Positions 8,018-17,114 of a DNA stretch of 56,295 nucleotides are shown here, piece after piece. The notes under the pieces were generated by a model that saw nothing but the letters and a program-made list of their open reading frames with translations, was not told where the DNA came from and ran no database searches. This DNA comes from a virus (taxonomy: Duplodnaviria > Caudoviricetes). The position numbers were made by a program, and so were the translations under genes. Every line of letters begins with the position of its first letter. The first letter of the stretch is position 1. The stretch lies in IMG/VR virus record IMGVR_UViG_3300036832_000712, positions 1-56,295 of that record. One strand, given 5' to 3'.

Positions 8018-10914
8018 GACTTCTTCTTGAACTCGACGATCTTCCGAGACTCGTCGTCAGGTGCGTCAGGCGTGCTCGGTACGGCGATCGGCGACGCCGT
8101 CTTTATTGGAATTACAAAGCACAGAATCGGACTGCTCAAGGTCCGGTTCTCTGCCCGCATGCGCTTTTTTACGGACCTGTGTGTGATGCGTCCGGCCGTC
8201 TGGAGGTTGTCGAGTATGCTGCTGTAATCGTGGTGGTGCTGATTGCAGTAGTCTCTGAATGGCCCGGTGCGCACATACACCTCTGCCTTGGATATTTCGT
8301 ACCGTGCCTTGAACTCGACGTGAGGCGGCGCGTATAGCACCTCAGGTTCGTTCCTGGTGTTCTTGTCGACACGACAGATATTCGGATTGATCTCTTCCAG
8401 GTACTCGTTGAGAATCGTCTCCGGCGTCGTATGCTCACGCTCAAGCTTGGCTTTGTTTCTCATAGCCGGTATCTGCACGTCTATGAGCCACTCGCGCATG
8501 AGCTTGTAGCTGAAGGGGAAGTACCCCAGCTTGTTGCCTAGCTTGAGTCCCAGCAATGCAGTGGCGGCGCAGGCGGTCGCGAAGCGCTCTTCTTGACTCG
8601 CGTTTATGTCTGCTTCGAATCGCTGCTGGATTTCGAGGAACTTGCCGCCCACGACTTCGGTGTGGGGCAGACAACGGCATAGAAAATCTTCTCCGATCCA
8701 GCCGTAATTCCTCAGGAGAAGCCGCATGGCAGTGTCGGCTTCTACCTTCGTATGGACAGCATTCCTGCTTACTCTGATCTCGAAGACGCGCATGATGCCG
8801 GCTTGGCCGCCTGAACTGTCGGCGTTGACCATCTGCACCAGCGACTTGTTGCTGGTGCAGAGAGTCAGGTTTGATTTGTACCCGCCACGAGCCTGACGAA
8901 AGTCGCGGTTGGATTTCAGGCTGGTGTACGACCCCGGCTGGCTGGCCGAGAGTGCGATCTCGTGCGCCACGTCGTCTTCGAACCGTGTAATCTCGTCGAC
9001 GATGAATGGCAGGTTACGACAGATCGCGCCGCGCTCCTGGCGGCCTTTGTCTGTGCTGTTCGATCGCAGGCCGCTGATGCAGTAAAGCTCTGGATGCCCC
9101 CACAGGCTGGCGGCGAAATACACACCGGTACTCTTTGATGCGCCGGTATCCCCGGTCAGGCAGACCAGCATGCCGTGCAGATTCGAGTATCTGAAAAATG
9201 GCGTCGCCAGCGAAGCGCAGATGGCGAACTGCTGCGCCATGTACTCCGGGGCATTGTAGAACTCCATGAGCGCGATCTGCTGGCTCAGGCTGCCCATATG
9301 GTTCATGCTGTCAAGCTGAGTATTCTTTGTCATTACACACGGGGTGATCGAGCCGTCTGCGATCGAGATTTTTCGACCGTGCATGACAAAATATTCCGGG
9401 GTCCCAAGTTCTACCGGCTTCTCGGTCTCGGTTAGTTCCTGAGGGGGGACTTCCCATCCGACGTAATCGTATTGACCGAGATCGTTGGTGTATCTTCGCA
9501 GCTCCTTGAGATACGCCTGCATGAACGTGTGCACTGGTTTGAGCTGCTTCGGAAGAATGATGACGTCCTTGTTGCGAAGCGCCGATGCGAGAGTCTTCGG
9601 CTCCAGGTCGGCATTCAGGAGTTCAATCATCTTCCAACCTTCGCGTGGAGTTTTGACGTACCAACGTGAAAGGCAGTTCTCGTTGAAGGTCGCCCTGATC
9701 CACTGTACAGGAAACATCGGGTATTCGTAAATCCAACCATCCTTCTTTGCCTTGACTCCGTAGGTCATGTCCAATGTGTAAGGCGCCGGTGGCGGGCATG
9801 GCGGTGTTACATTTTGTAATACCGCAGACGCAGACGCAGGCGCAGGTTGATGCGCTCGTTCATAGACTAAGTTAGCGATCAGGACAGGATTCTTGGCGAG
9901 GTCCCTGAACGGACATCTATCGCAGATCGCCGGATCACCGCTGTTGTGGTCGATCTTCTCGCACCCCGGCGGGGGAAGTACCCAAGCGTCGAGCTTCTCT
10001 TGGGTCTCTTCCCGGGTGTAACCCGGATGGCCGTTCGACCACTCCTGGGCTTTCACCTCGCCGTCGTCGCAATATTTTACCGTGCCAATGCCGACATGCC
10101 ACTGCGGCTCGCGCACGTTCCCCTGGCTGTCCCTGAATATTCTCATATGCTCGCAGACGTCAGCGACTTCGTCGGCCGGCGGGCGGCGGCCGTCCCAGGC
10201 GACGGAGAGCTCTGGTCTGCGCGCCTTCGCGCTGTGGGCTTCGCCCGGGGCATCGGGCGCCAGGGTGGCAAGCTGGGCCAGCAGCTCTGCTGCTGGCGTC
10301 ACCACACCTTCGGCAAGGATTACCACCTGGCGCGGGTAATCGTGGTCCTTGAAATTGAACGTGCCGGGTACGCGCAGCACGCTGCTCTGGTCCGTGGTGC
10401 GCATGGGGTCGACGTGCAGATCATGTTGCTGAGCCAGCCAGCGCAACCGACCCGCAGGCTCGCGCCAAGCCAGAGATTCGATCGATGTGTCGATCACCCA
10501 GTAGACATGGATACCGTATCCCGAGTCTACGATGAACGGAGATGGCAGGCAGGCACTGAACAAAAATTTCTCTAGTGCATTAAATATATCCTGCTTGGTA
10601 GCGTAGTGATCCTTCGGGCCTCCAGCGTCGATGTCGAAAAAGAAAACACGAGCTTCCCGCATGTTCTCGTGGGTTCGGAAAGTCTGGAGCTTCCCGGTGT
10701 CTGGATTCGCTTCACGCGCGACTCTCAGCGCGTGTGGCGCAAAATATAAATCTTTCGTTTGCTTCTTTGTCAGGACATAAGCTATCGCGTCATCGAGCGT
10801 GTCGCATCCTCGATGCGCCATGACCGTCTTGCCATCAGGCTTCATCCACGGAGTGGCGATGCAGTAGGGACCGCGCTGCGGCCACACTGCACTCAAGAAC
10901 TTGCGCGTGTTCAT
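8014..10914 (-). CDS. Primase-helicase: AEP/RepB-like primase, PriCT-like region and DUF927 ATPase
   Basis: FFDID, SGYGIHVYW and VLRVPGTFN primase motifs; Cys cluster GCEKI...CDRCPF; Walker A GDTGASKST; Walker B FIVDE. Confidence 0.85.
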   Translation of the reverse strand: MNTRKFLSAVWPQRGPYCIATPWMKPDGKTVMAHRGCDTLDDAIAYVLTKKQTKDLYFAPHALRVAREANPDTGKLQTFRTHENMREARVFFFDIDAGGPKDHYATKQDIFNALEKFLFSACLPSPFIVDSGYGIHVYWVIDTSIESLAWREPAGRLRWLAQQHDLHVDPMRTTDQSSVLRVPGTFNFKDHDYPRQVVILAEGVVTPAAELLAQLATLAPDAPGEAHSAKARRPELSVAWDGRRPPADEVADVCEHMRIFRDSQGNVREPQWHVGIGTVKYCDDGEVKAQEWSNGHPGYTREETQEKLDAWVLPPPGCEKIDHNSGDPAICDRCPFRDLAKNPVLIANLVYERAHQPAPASASAVLQNVTPPCPPPAPYTLDMTYGVKAKKDGWIYEYPMFPVQWIRATFNENCLSRWYVKTPREGWKMIELLNADLEPKTLASALRNKDVIILPKQLKPVHTFMQAYLKELRRYTNDLGQYDYVGWEVPPQELTETEKPVELGTPEYFVMHGRKISIADGSITPCVMTKNTQLDSMNHMGSLSQQIALMEFYNAPEYMAQQFAICASLATPFFRYSNLHGMLVCLTGDTGASKSTGVYFAASLWGHPELYCISGLRSNSTDKGRQERGAICRNLPFIVDEITRFEDDVAHEIALSASQPGSYTSLKSNRDFRQARGGYKSNLTLCTSNKSLVQMVNADSSGGQAGIMRVFEIRVSRNAVHTKVEADTAMRLLLRNYGWIGEDFLCRCLPHTEVVGGKFLEIQQRFEADINASQEERFATACAATALLGLKLGNKLGYFPFSYKLMREWLIDVQIPAMRNKAKLEREHTTPETILNEYLEEINPNICRVDKNTRNEPEVLYAPPHVEFKARYEISKAEVYVRTGPFRDYCNQHHHDYSSILDNLQTAGRITHRSVKKRMRAENRTLSSPILCFVIPIKTASPIAVPSTPDAPDDESRKIVEFKKKS
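9804..9822. promoter_or_regulatory. 19-bp palindrome copy 1 (intragenic, one mismatch)
   Basis: GTGTTACA-TTT-TGTAATAC inside the primase gene, encoding VLQNVTP. Confidence 0.65.
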
Positions 10915-10990
10915 GAGTCGTGCTCCTACAGCTTGTCATAGGTAGTTTGGTCAGTCATGATAGCACCTCTTCGAGGGGGTAGAGGCTACA

Positions 10991-11023
10991 ACACCCTCGA
11001 CTCTTTGTGCGAGTCGAGGGTGT
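10991..11023. other. Perfect 13-bp stem-loop upstream of the primase gene
   Basis: acaccctcgactc-tttgtgc-gagtcgagggtgt; overlaps a minus-strand TTGACA (11021-11026). Confidence 0.55.
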
Positions 11024-11056
11024 CAAGAGTACGAAGAAACTTAAAGTCAGGAATGC

Positions 11057-12202
11057 TTACTCGTCGTCCCAATCCTTGAGGATGGTATCGAGGGCCGGCG
11101 ATGCAACAGCGGCAGGAGCAGCAGGAGCCCGACCTGCCGCAATAGCAACAGCGGGCTCTTCTTCCTCATCGTCTATCACAGCAGCTTTGCGCGCCGCCGC
11201 GGCAGCGGCAGCCGCTTCGGCTTTCTTGTTAGCTGCTGTCTTGGCCTTTGCGGATGCAGATGCTGGCGTAGTTGCAGCAGCTGCAGGGGCAGGTGCCGGT
11301 GCAGCGGCAGGCGCCGGTGCAGCGGGCCTAACGGGTTGCTGTAGTACCATTTCCCCGTCGTCGTCATCGTCGGTCTCCTGTTCGTCTTCCTCGGTGATGC
11401 CAGGCGGGCGCGTGCCGGCGAAGCCGGTGAAGTCGGTCTTAAGCAGATCGTCGAGATTGCCTGATTCGGCGATTCCCGCACACACCGCCGTTTCCTCTTC
11501 GCTCAACCACCGGCCCGGCGAGAACCACAGCTTCGGGTAGCTCTTGGTATTGTCGAAGCGAATCCTCGTGGTCAGTGAGTAGGTGAACGGCACCGCCTTC
11601 GACTTGAGGAAGTTGAGATAGTTGGTGAACGCGAACATCATCTTGGCCTGGGCCTCCTTGTTCAGGCCATCGAAGTCGGAGGTCTGCGGAATCTTCAGCC
11701 GCAGCACCGGCGCCGCGCTGAGGTCGCGGGCCTTTGGAATCACCGCCAGATTACGATGCACGGCGCAGGCCGCGGCGGCTTTTCCTTGGTCTGTTTGACG
11801 TGAGCCCTTGATGGCTTGCGGGCAGACGTTGCACTTTTCTGATTGCCGATTAGTCGCGTTCGGGCTCGATGTAACTCCGTCATTGGACCAGCAGTCCGGC
11901 GCGCTCTCCTGGCCCGGATCGTAGGCACGTCCACCATAGTAGGCGCGTCCGCGATTCTCGTTGTAGGCAATGATCACGGCCTCGAAGGTCTGGATCAGCT
12001 CTTCCTCGCCATCGGCGTTGACGCGCATCAGCGGCTTCTTGGTGCCGTCGATGATCACGGTCCACACCTTGCCCGGGAAGGTCAGGGCGTTGACCTGACT
12101 GCGGGTCACGATGTTGCTGGTCCCGGCTTCCTGAGCCGCCTTGACGTGTGCCGGCACCTGAGCTGCCGGATCGAAGATAGCCACAGACTTAGTGGTAGCC
12201 AT
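11057..12202 (-). CDS. Putative ssDNA-binding / recombination-associated protein
   Basis: PDCWSNDG..P and CxxCP motifs, Ala/Pro linker and acidic tail (LKDWDDE); lies in the replication module. Confidence 0.6.
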   Translation of the reverse strand: MATTKSVAIFDPAAQVPAHVKAAQEAGTSNIVTRSQVNALTFPGKVWTVIIDGTKKPLMRVNADGEEELIQTFEAVIIAYNENRGRAYYGGRAYDPGQESAPDCWSNDGVTSSPNATNRQSEKCNVCPQAIKGSRQTDQGKAAAACAVHRNLAVIPKARDLSAAPVLRLKIPQTSDFDGLNKEAQAKMMFAFTNYLNFLKSKAVPFTYSLTTRIRFDNTKSYPKLWFSPGRWLSEEETAVCAGIAESGNLDDLLKTDFTGFAGTRPPGITEEDEQETDDDDDGEMVLQQPVRPAAPAPAAAPAPAPAAAATTPASASAKAKTAANKKAEAAAAAAAARKAAVIDDEEEEPAVAIAAGRAPAAPAAVASPALDTILKDWDDE

Positions 12203-12278
12203 GTTATGTGTCCTTCATTAGTTGGTTGGGTTGTTCCGATGGTGGATCAAGCCCTGACTGGAACAGGGTCAGGGGCTG

Positions 12279-12297
12279 GTGTTACATTATGTAACAC
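12279..12297. promoter_or_regulatory. 19-bp palindrome copy 2
   Basis: GTGTTACA-TTA-TGTAACAC, 7 nt past the stop at 12305. Confidence 0.85.
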
Positions 12298-12304
12298 CAA
12301 TCAG

Positions 12305-12742
12305 CTAACTACGCCGGATCGTGACCGTGTATTCTTTCATCACGGTTATGCCGGGCGGTAGCTCGTCAGAGTTATCCGCCATGTAATCCACGATAAAGGA
12401 TTTCTTGACGCGGCGTTCGAGCGCATCGAACGCTTCGTTCTCGGCGATCCAGGCATAGAACGCGGTCCAGTCCCCGCAGGCAGGTTTGACTGAAACGGAT
12501 TGGTACACTGTGCCGTGCGCTGTTCGCACGCTTTCGACACCCAACTCCTGCAATTTTCCCAGCAGGAAACTATCAAGAGTTTCGAGCTGGTCTTTCAGCT
12601 TGAGGTCGTCAGCCTCATATTGCTTTTTCAGAGTCGATCGTGCGTCACGTATCTTGACATAGGTCTCTGTTATCTTGTCGAGCTTCGGGTCAGTCATCGG
12701 TTTTCCTTTCAGCACCAGTTTCAGTTTTGCTTGGTCAGTCAT
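12305..12742 (-). CDS. Phage replication-module protein (coiled-coil N-terminus)
   Basis: YVKIRDAR...GVESVRTAHGTVY pattern; lies between the helicase and SSB-like genes. Confidence 0.65.
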   Translation of the reverse strand: MTDQAKLKLVLKGKPMTDPKLDKITETYVKIRDARSTLKKQYEADDLKLKDQLETLDSFLLGKLQELGVESVRTAHGTVYQSVSVKPACGDWTAFYAWIAENEAFDALERRVKKSFIVDYMADNSDELPPGITVMKEYTVTIRRS

Positions 12743-14292
12743 TGTATGATCCTCTCGTACAGTTTCAGGATGCTGTCCTGGTTCAGTGCCCGGTTATCGA
12801 GCAGGTTGTAGATATCCCATTCAAAGGCATGAGCAGCAATGCGCACCACGGTCATCTTGCGGGTCTGCCCCGCGCGATTAAATCGTTCGATTACTTGCGC
12901 GTACTGATCATGACTATAGATCGGCGCATAGAAGACGGTAGTATCGGCCTCCGTCAGATTGAGCCCATGCGCCATCACCTGCGGATGGCACAGCAGCAGA
13001 TGTGGGTCAGGCCCGGACTTGAACGCGCGAATGATTCGATTGCGTTGCTTGATACTGACATCGCCGTTGAGAACCGCAAGGCTGAAATGCTTTGCCAGCT
13101 CACTCTCAAGTGAGCGGGTGATTCCCTTGAACGGAACGATCACAATCACCTTGGCCGAAGCTTCCTTGATTACCGAGATCAGTTCTTTGAGCCTGATCGA
13201 ATGGTCGATGGTCTCATAGGTATCATCTTTATTTTTTACTGATCCGCAGCAAATCTGCCGGAGCTTGATGAGTGCATCGGCGGCGTTGACCGCGGTGACT
13301 TTGGTGGTCTTATGCTGCAGGATCATATGCTCCCGCATGAGGTCGAATGCTTTCTGCTGATCCACCGTAAGCTGGGTCTGCCGGTTAGTGACAGTCAGCG
13401 GTGGCAGGTCCATGCATTCGGATTTGCGGAAACGTATGGCGGGCTGCAAAGCATCGAAGACGATCTTCTCATGCCCGTTTATGGGGCGCCACTTGTGCTG
13501 GCTCACCTGCTTCATTGTCATGCGCTGGAATGCGCCGAAGAACCTGGGTACCCGCGCCGGGCACACGAGCCGCGCGAGCGCCCAGGCATCGGTCGGCGCA
13601 TTGGGGCACGGCGTGCCGGTCAAGAGCCACACACGTTTTTTGTTTTCGGTGGCCCAGGCAAAGAACTTGTATGTCAGGTTCCGGCTGTTCCGAAAGAAAG
13701 AAGCCTCGTCGAGGACAATGAGATCAATGTCTTTTCTCTTACGTACCAGCGTCGCGACCTCCTTGTGCGCAATCATATCGTGGTTGGCGATGTAGAAATC
13801 TACGTCCATCGACAGCGAGTTCACGCGGTGCTCGCGGTCACCATGCGTGACCACGCACGATCTATGCATCAGCACATCGAAGATATCCTGCTGCCAGATG
13901 GTTTCCAGGGTCGACAATGGAGCGAGGATCAGAGCTTTGCTTACCTCGCCGAGCGACATGAGATAGTCGGCAGCCCACAGCGTTGCGAAGGTCTTGCCCG
14001 TGCCCATCTCCGAGAGGTCGCAGTTCTTGCTATTGCGGATACGGAAGTCCGCCATCGGCCGCTGATGTGCGAACGGCGTGTACTTGCCCGGCCAGCTGTA
14101 CTGATACTCGATCGGCGACGGCACATTGATCCCAAGCTCGTTAAGTGCGAGCGTGGTCTCAAGTGTGTGCCTGATCTGGACGTTGCCCTCGTCGGCGTCG
14201 ATAGAGCGGCTCAGTCCGGGGAAGGTTGTCAGCACGCGCGACGGATCGCGCAGCTTCAGCACAATGCTTTTGGTTGGTTGATGGATCAGCAT
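12739..14292 (-). CDS. SNF2-like superfamily 2 helicase
   Basis: EMGTGKT, LDEAS, LTGTP, HGLNLT and RFNRAGQ motifs. Confidence 0.9.
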   Translation of the reverse strand: MLIHQPTKSIVLKLRDPSRVLTTFPGLSRSIDADEGNVQIRHTLETTLALNELGINVPSPIEYQYSWPGKYTPFAHQRPMADFRIRNSKNCDLSEMGTGKTFATLWAADYLMSLGEVSKALILAPLSTLETIWQQDIFDVLMHRSCVVTHGDREHRVNSLSMDVDFYIANHDMIAHKEVATLVRKRKDIDLIVLDEASFFRNSRNLTYKFFAWATENKKRVWLLTGTPCPNAPTDAWALARLVCPARVPRFFGAFQRMTMKQVSQHKWRPINGHEKIVFDALQPAIRFRKSECMDLPPLTVTNRQTQLTVDQQKAFDLMREHMILQHKTTKVTAVNAADALIKLRQICCGSVKNKDDTYETIDHSIRLKELISVIKEASAKVIVIVPFKGITRSLESELAKHFSLAVLNGDVSIKQRNRIIRAFKSGPDPHLLLCHPQVMAHGLNLTEADTTVFYAPIYSHDQYAQVIERFNRAGQTRKMTVVRIAAHAFEWDIYNLLDNRALNQDSILKLYERIIQ

Positions 14293-14341
14293 GATCAGTC
14301 ACTCTCTGATTTGTAAGTATATTAGTTCGCAGGTGTAGCTG

Positions 14342-14740
14342 TCAAGTTTTAGACATTCGAATAGGGGAAAATTGCGCCTGCTCTTTCCACTTTGTTAAGT
14401 TCTTGAACAAAGACCCAACTGGGTAACTTGATAAGCGTGTAAGCACCGTTCGCAGTTCCTCAATGTTGGTCTCGTCCACCAGGAAAGCGTAGTGTCCTGC
14501 TTCGTAAACATCAGTAAGAAATTTATGCTGAAGCACGGTCACCACGTCGTCGTACTTGGTTTCGATTGCCATGAACAACTTGGGTCGCTTCATAGCAAGA
14601 AAGTCGCTCACGCCGCCCCGGCCAAACGCGCCTGCATTCGGCATCCAGAAAGTCCACCCAGTATCAGTGAGGATTTCCCGGACCTGTTTCTTGATGAACC
14701 CTTCGGTCCTGTCGCTGGTCATAGGTTTTCTCATCTCCAC
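14342..14740 (-). CDS. VRR-NUC-type nuclease (putative Holliday junction resolvase)
   Basis: TEGFIK...GVSDFL...FMAIETK...LQ PD-(D/E)XK pattern. Confidence 0.75.
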   Translation of the reverse strand: MEMRKPMTSDRTEGFIKKQVREILTDTGWTFWMPNAGAFGRGGVSDFLAMKRPKLFMAIETKYDDVVTVLQHKFLTDVYEAGHYAFLVDETNIEELRTVLTRLSSYPVGSLFKNLTKWKEQAQFSPIRMSKT

Positions 14741-15099
14741 GACTCCATGTAACCCTCTTCCTCTTCCCGCCGCTGCTGCTCATCCGAGAGCACGCCCCGA
14801 CTACGAACCGTGCGCAGCTCGAAGAAGCCGGTGAACTCAGGATGATCGTGGATCAGCATACGGACATAGATCGGCGTGAAATTATCGTTGACCTCGAAGA
14901 CATCCCCCTTGGTTCGGAGGTCATAGTGCCAGCGCATGACTTCTATGATCGTGCGAGCACTATAACGCTCTCGCCCAGTAGCCCGCATCTTGTAGGCGAG
15001 CGCCTTAAACTGCTCGTAGATATGCGGGTTCCGATGATGCCACGCTTTGAACCGTGCCAAGATGTTTGAGGGATACCTATCGAATGGATCGCTTATCAT
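14731..15099 (-). CDS. Hypothetical phage protein
   Basis: 122-aa ORF coupled to its neighbours. Confidence 0.65.
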   Translation of the reverse strand: MISDPFDRYPSNILARFKAWHHRNPHIYEQFKALAYKMRATGRERYSARTIIEVMRWHYDLRTKGDVFEVNDNFTPIYVRMLIHDHPEFTGFFELRTVRSRGVLSDEQQRREEEEGYMESWR

Positions 15100-15254
15100 C
15101 GCTTCGATCCTTTCATTGCTTCAACCAGCCGCCGAAGCAATTCCTGCTTCGACAATCGCCATATCAACTTTGTGTCGGCACCGCGCCACTTGTCTGGATG
15201 CGATCTCGCATGTTCGTACAGAGCTACGCGAATGAGCTTGAGCCGTTTACCCAT
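15096..15254 (-). CDS. Small basic hypothetical protein
   Basis: MGKRLKLIRVALYEH...; GAGG RBS; fills the gap between neighbours. Confidence 0.45.
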   Translation of the reverse strand: MGKRLKLIRVALYEHARSHPDKWRGADTKLIWRLSKQELLRRLVEAMKGSKR

Positions 15255-15255
15255 G

Positions 15256-15930
15256 TCACCTCTTCGGCCTCCAATGTTTGCAGCCAATGACAGGACACCA
15301 TCCAAAGCATAGGCCACCAGGGCGCATCTGCCAGGTGTCCGAACGGAAGGCCTCCTTGTACTGATGCAGCTCGGGCACCAGTTCGTTCCATAGCTCTCGC
15401 ATCTGCGTGCGGCTCCAGGTCTTCTCCGTTGTCGTGCGAGTCTTTGTCCAATAAAACCTGACCCCGATGGTGTCGAAGTAACCGAACTCTTGGAATGCCC
15501 ACAGTGCGTAGATGATCAACTGGTTGAACTTCTTGTGCGGCTTGCCGGTCTTGTAGTCCACGAGCCACGCATGACGGCTCATGGCGTCGACCCGCAGGTA
15601 GTCGATGATCATGCGGCACCACACGTTCTTGTCGCCCCACTCGCAGGAGTCCAGAGTCTTTGCAAGTGCCGCCTTATGCTCGATGAACGCCCAGCCCGGC
15701 TGCAGGGCCAGCTCCTGCATGAACGGCTCGTGCGCCGCTAGCTCCGCTGGCAGCTTTATGTGCGGCGACTTCAGACGCATGGCGAACGCCTCGTGCACCC
15801 ACTCGCCGTAAACCTGCTCCTTGGACTTCTCTTCAGGCGGCAGGTCCTTGAGCACATAGCGGTGGTGATACTGCTCGGGGCAGTTCTTGAACGTATCAAG
15901 CGCGCTCGGTGACCATGGAAGCGGTTTCAT
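15256..15930 (-). CDS. PD-(D/E)XK exonuclease (Cas4/RecB-like)
   Basis: WSPSALDTFKNCP, IIDYL, VDYKTGK, QL.IYA and C-terminal CFGWCPVIGC motifs. Confidence 0.85.
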   Translation of the reverse strand: MKPLPWSPSALDTFKNCPEQYHHRYVLKDLPPEEKSKEQVYGEWVHEAFAMRLKSPHIKLPAELAAHEPFMQELALQPGWAFIEHKAALAKTLDSCEWGDKNVWCRMIIDYLRVDAMSRHAWLVDYKTGKPHKKFNQLIIYALWAFQEFGYFDTIGVRFYWTKTRTTTEKTWSRTQMRELWNELVPELHQYKEAFRSDTWQMRPGGLCFGWCPVIGCKHWRPKR

Positions 15931-16090
15931 CTGATCCTCTTAAGTGTCTAGGTGCTGCATGTATCAATTGCAAAGCTCTATTTCTACTAATGCCGAGACG
16001 GATACCTATCTCCCGAGTCGTTAACCCCTCACGTCGTAAAAGTAGTACGTGCATCCAACGAGCTTCTCTGTATGGCTGATCGTATTTCAT
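15896..16090 (-). CDS. Small HTH protein (sigma70 region 4-like)
   Basis: GLTTREIGIRLGISRNRALQL helix-turn-helix. Confidence 0.6.
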   Translation of the reverse strand: MKYDQPYREARWMHVLLLRREGLTTREIGIRLGISRNRALQLIHAAPRHLRGSDETASMVTERA

Positions 16091-16653
16091 GTGAGTTGAA
16101 TCCCGAGCTTACGAACAATCTGATTGGCACGCATTGCCTGGTTCTCGGCGTCGGTTAACGCCGTATGCAATATACCTGGGTACTGAACTTCCTCCAGAGT
16201 CAGCAGATTGCGTAAAGTCCTGAAGCACCGATTGTGCCGGAAGCTCCATGGCGCATCGCGCTTCGCGACCTCGTAAGCCTGGCGCAAGAGCGTGTTGTCG
16301 AAGTCGCTGCCGTTGCCCCAGACACGCACGTCGGTGCATTGAGCACTGGCGGAGTGTGACCGTAGCCAGTCGGTGAAACCATCCAGCGCCTCGTACAGCG
16401 ACAGCTTGGGTTTGCTCAGCCAGAACATTCGTGCCGCGTCACGCTCGGCGTCCATCCACCACAACACGACCTCAGCATCAGCGCGCAGCAGACCTTGCGA
16501 GCTGGCCGGGTCGACCGCGACCTCGAAGCGGTCCTCGATGATACCATCTGACTCGAAGGCGTATGGATCGAACACGCACGCACCGATCATGATGATGGTC
16601 GAGTAGGGAGTGACGCCCCATGTTTCGAGATCGAGCATGATATGTTTAAGCAT
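16087..16653 (-). CDS. DEDD 3'-5' exonuclease (DUF5051-like)
   Basis: MLDLETWG, VWGNGSDFD, RCFRT and HTALTDA motifs; start placed at MLKHIML. Confidence 0.85.
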   Translation of the reverse strand: MLKHIMLDLETWGVTPYSTIIMIGACVFDPYAFESDGIIEDRFEVAVDPASSQGLLRADAEVVLWWMDAERDAARMFWLSKPKLSLYEALDGFTDWLRSHSASAQCTDVRVWGNGSDFDNTLLRQAYEVAKRDAPWSFRHNRCFRTLRNLLTLEEVQYPGILHTALTDAENQAMRANQIVRKLGIQLT

Positions 16654-16654
16654 T

Positions 16655-16936
16655 TCATTTGTCCTTGTGATTGAGATAGAAGCCGACACGGATCGCCATC
16701 GACACGTCCCTGACCATGCGTTCGAGATGGTCGGGGCCAAGAACTACCCTCCCTAGCAGGACGCCGACCGCGGCGACGACCACACCAATGGTCGGGTTCT
16801 GAGTCCTGATCGCCCGGTCGAGGAACTCGACCATCCTGACGATCTTCGGATCGAGCGGCACATCCTGCCCGTTAGGCTTGGGCTGCGAAGGTGTTACACC
16901 TTGTAACACCTTTTGCTGAGCTGGGTTATCAGGCAT
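16655..16936 (-). CDS. Hypothetical protein
   Basis: MPDNPAQQKVLQGVTP...; tiles between its neighbours. Confidence 0.5.
   Translation of the reverse strand: MPDNPAQQKVLQGVTPSQPKPNGQDVPLDPKIVRMVEFLDRAIRTQNPTIGVVVAAVGVLLGRVVLGPDHLERMVRDVSMAIRVGFYLNHKDK
16891..16909. promoter_or_regulatory. 19-bp palindrome copy 3 (intragenic)
   Basis: GTGTTACA-CCT-TGTAACAC with AAG/CTT flanking symmetry, encoding VLQGVTP. Confidence 0.8.
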
Positions 16937-17114
16937 CTTGTTGCTCGTCCTTCTGCACGTACTTGTAGCCAAGTTCCTTGAGCCTGGTCTTGTCGTACGG
17001 CTCTTCGAACACCCCGCCAGTCTCCCCCCTGAGGGTCAGCAAGTTCTTGTTGCGATCTATCTTGATGATCTCGAACGCGCGGTTGGTCCTGGTGTTGAGC
17101 AGATAGCTGGTCAT
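16929..17114 (-). CDS. Small hypothetical protein
   Basis: MTSYLLNTRTNRAFEII...; overlaps the polymerase stop. Confidence 0.55.
   Translation of the reverse strand: MTSYLLNTRTNRAFEIIKIDRNKNLLTLRGETGGVFEEPYDKTRLKELGYKYVQKDEQQDA

Noticed and set aside
13312-14316. Long antisense ORFs (334 aa here; also 5290..6165, 44671..45540, 49152..50099, 54400..55218)
   Set aside because: They lie opposite well-supported genes in GC-rich DNA, where such frames are expected by chance.
15256-15930. Cas4-like nuclease as evidence of a CRISPR-Cas system
   Set aside because: Stand-alone PD-(D/E)XK exonucleases are routine in phage replication modules, and there is no array or other cas gene.
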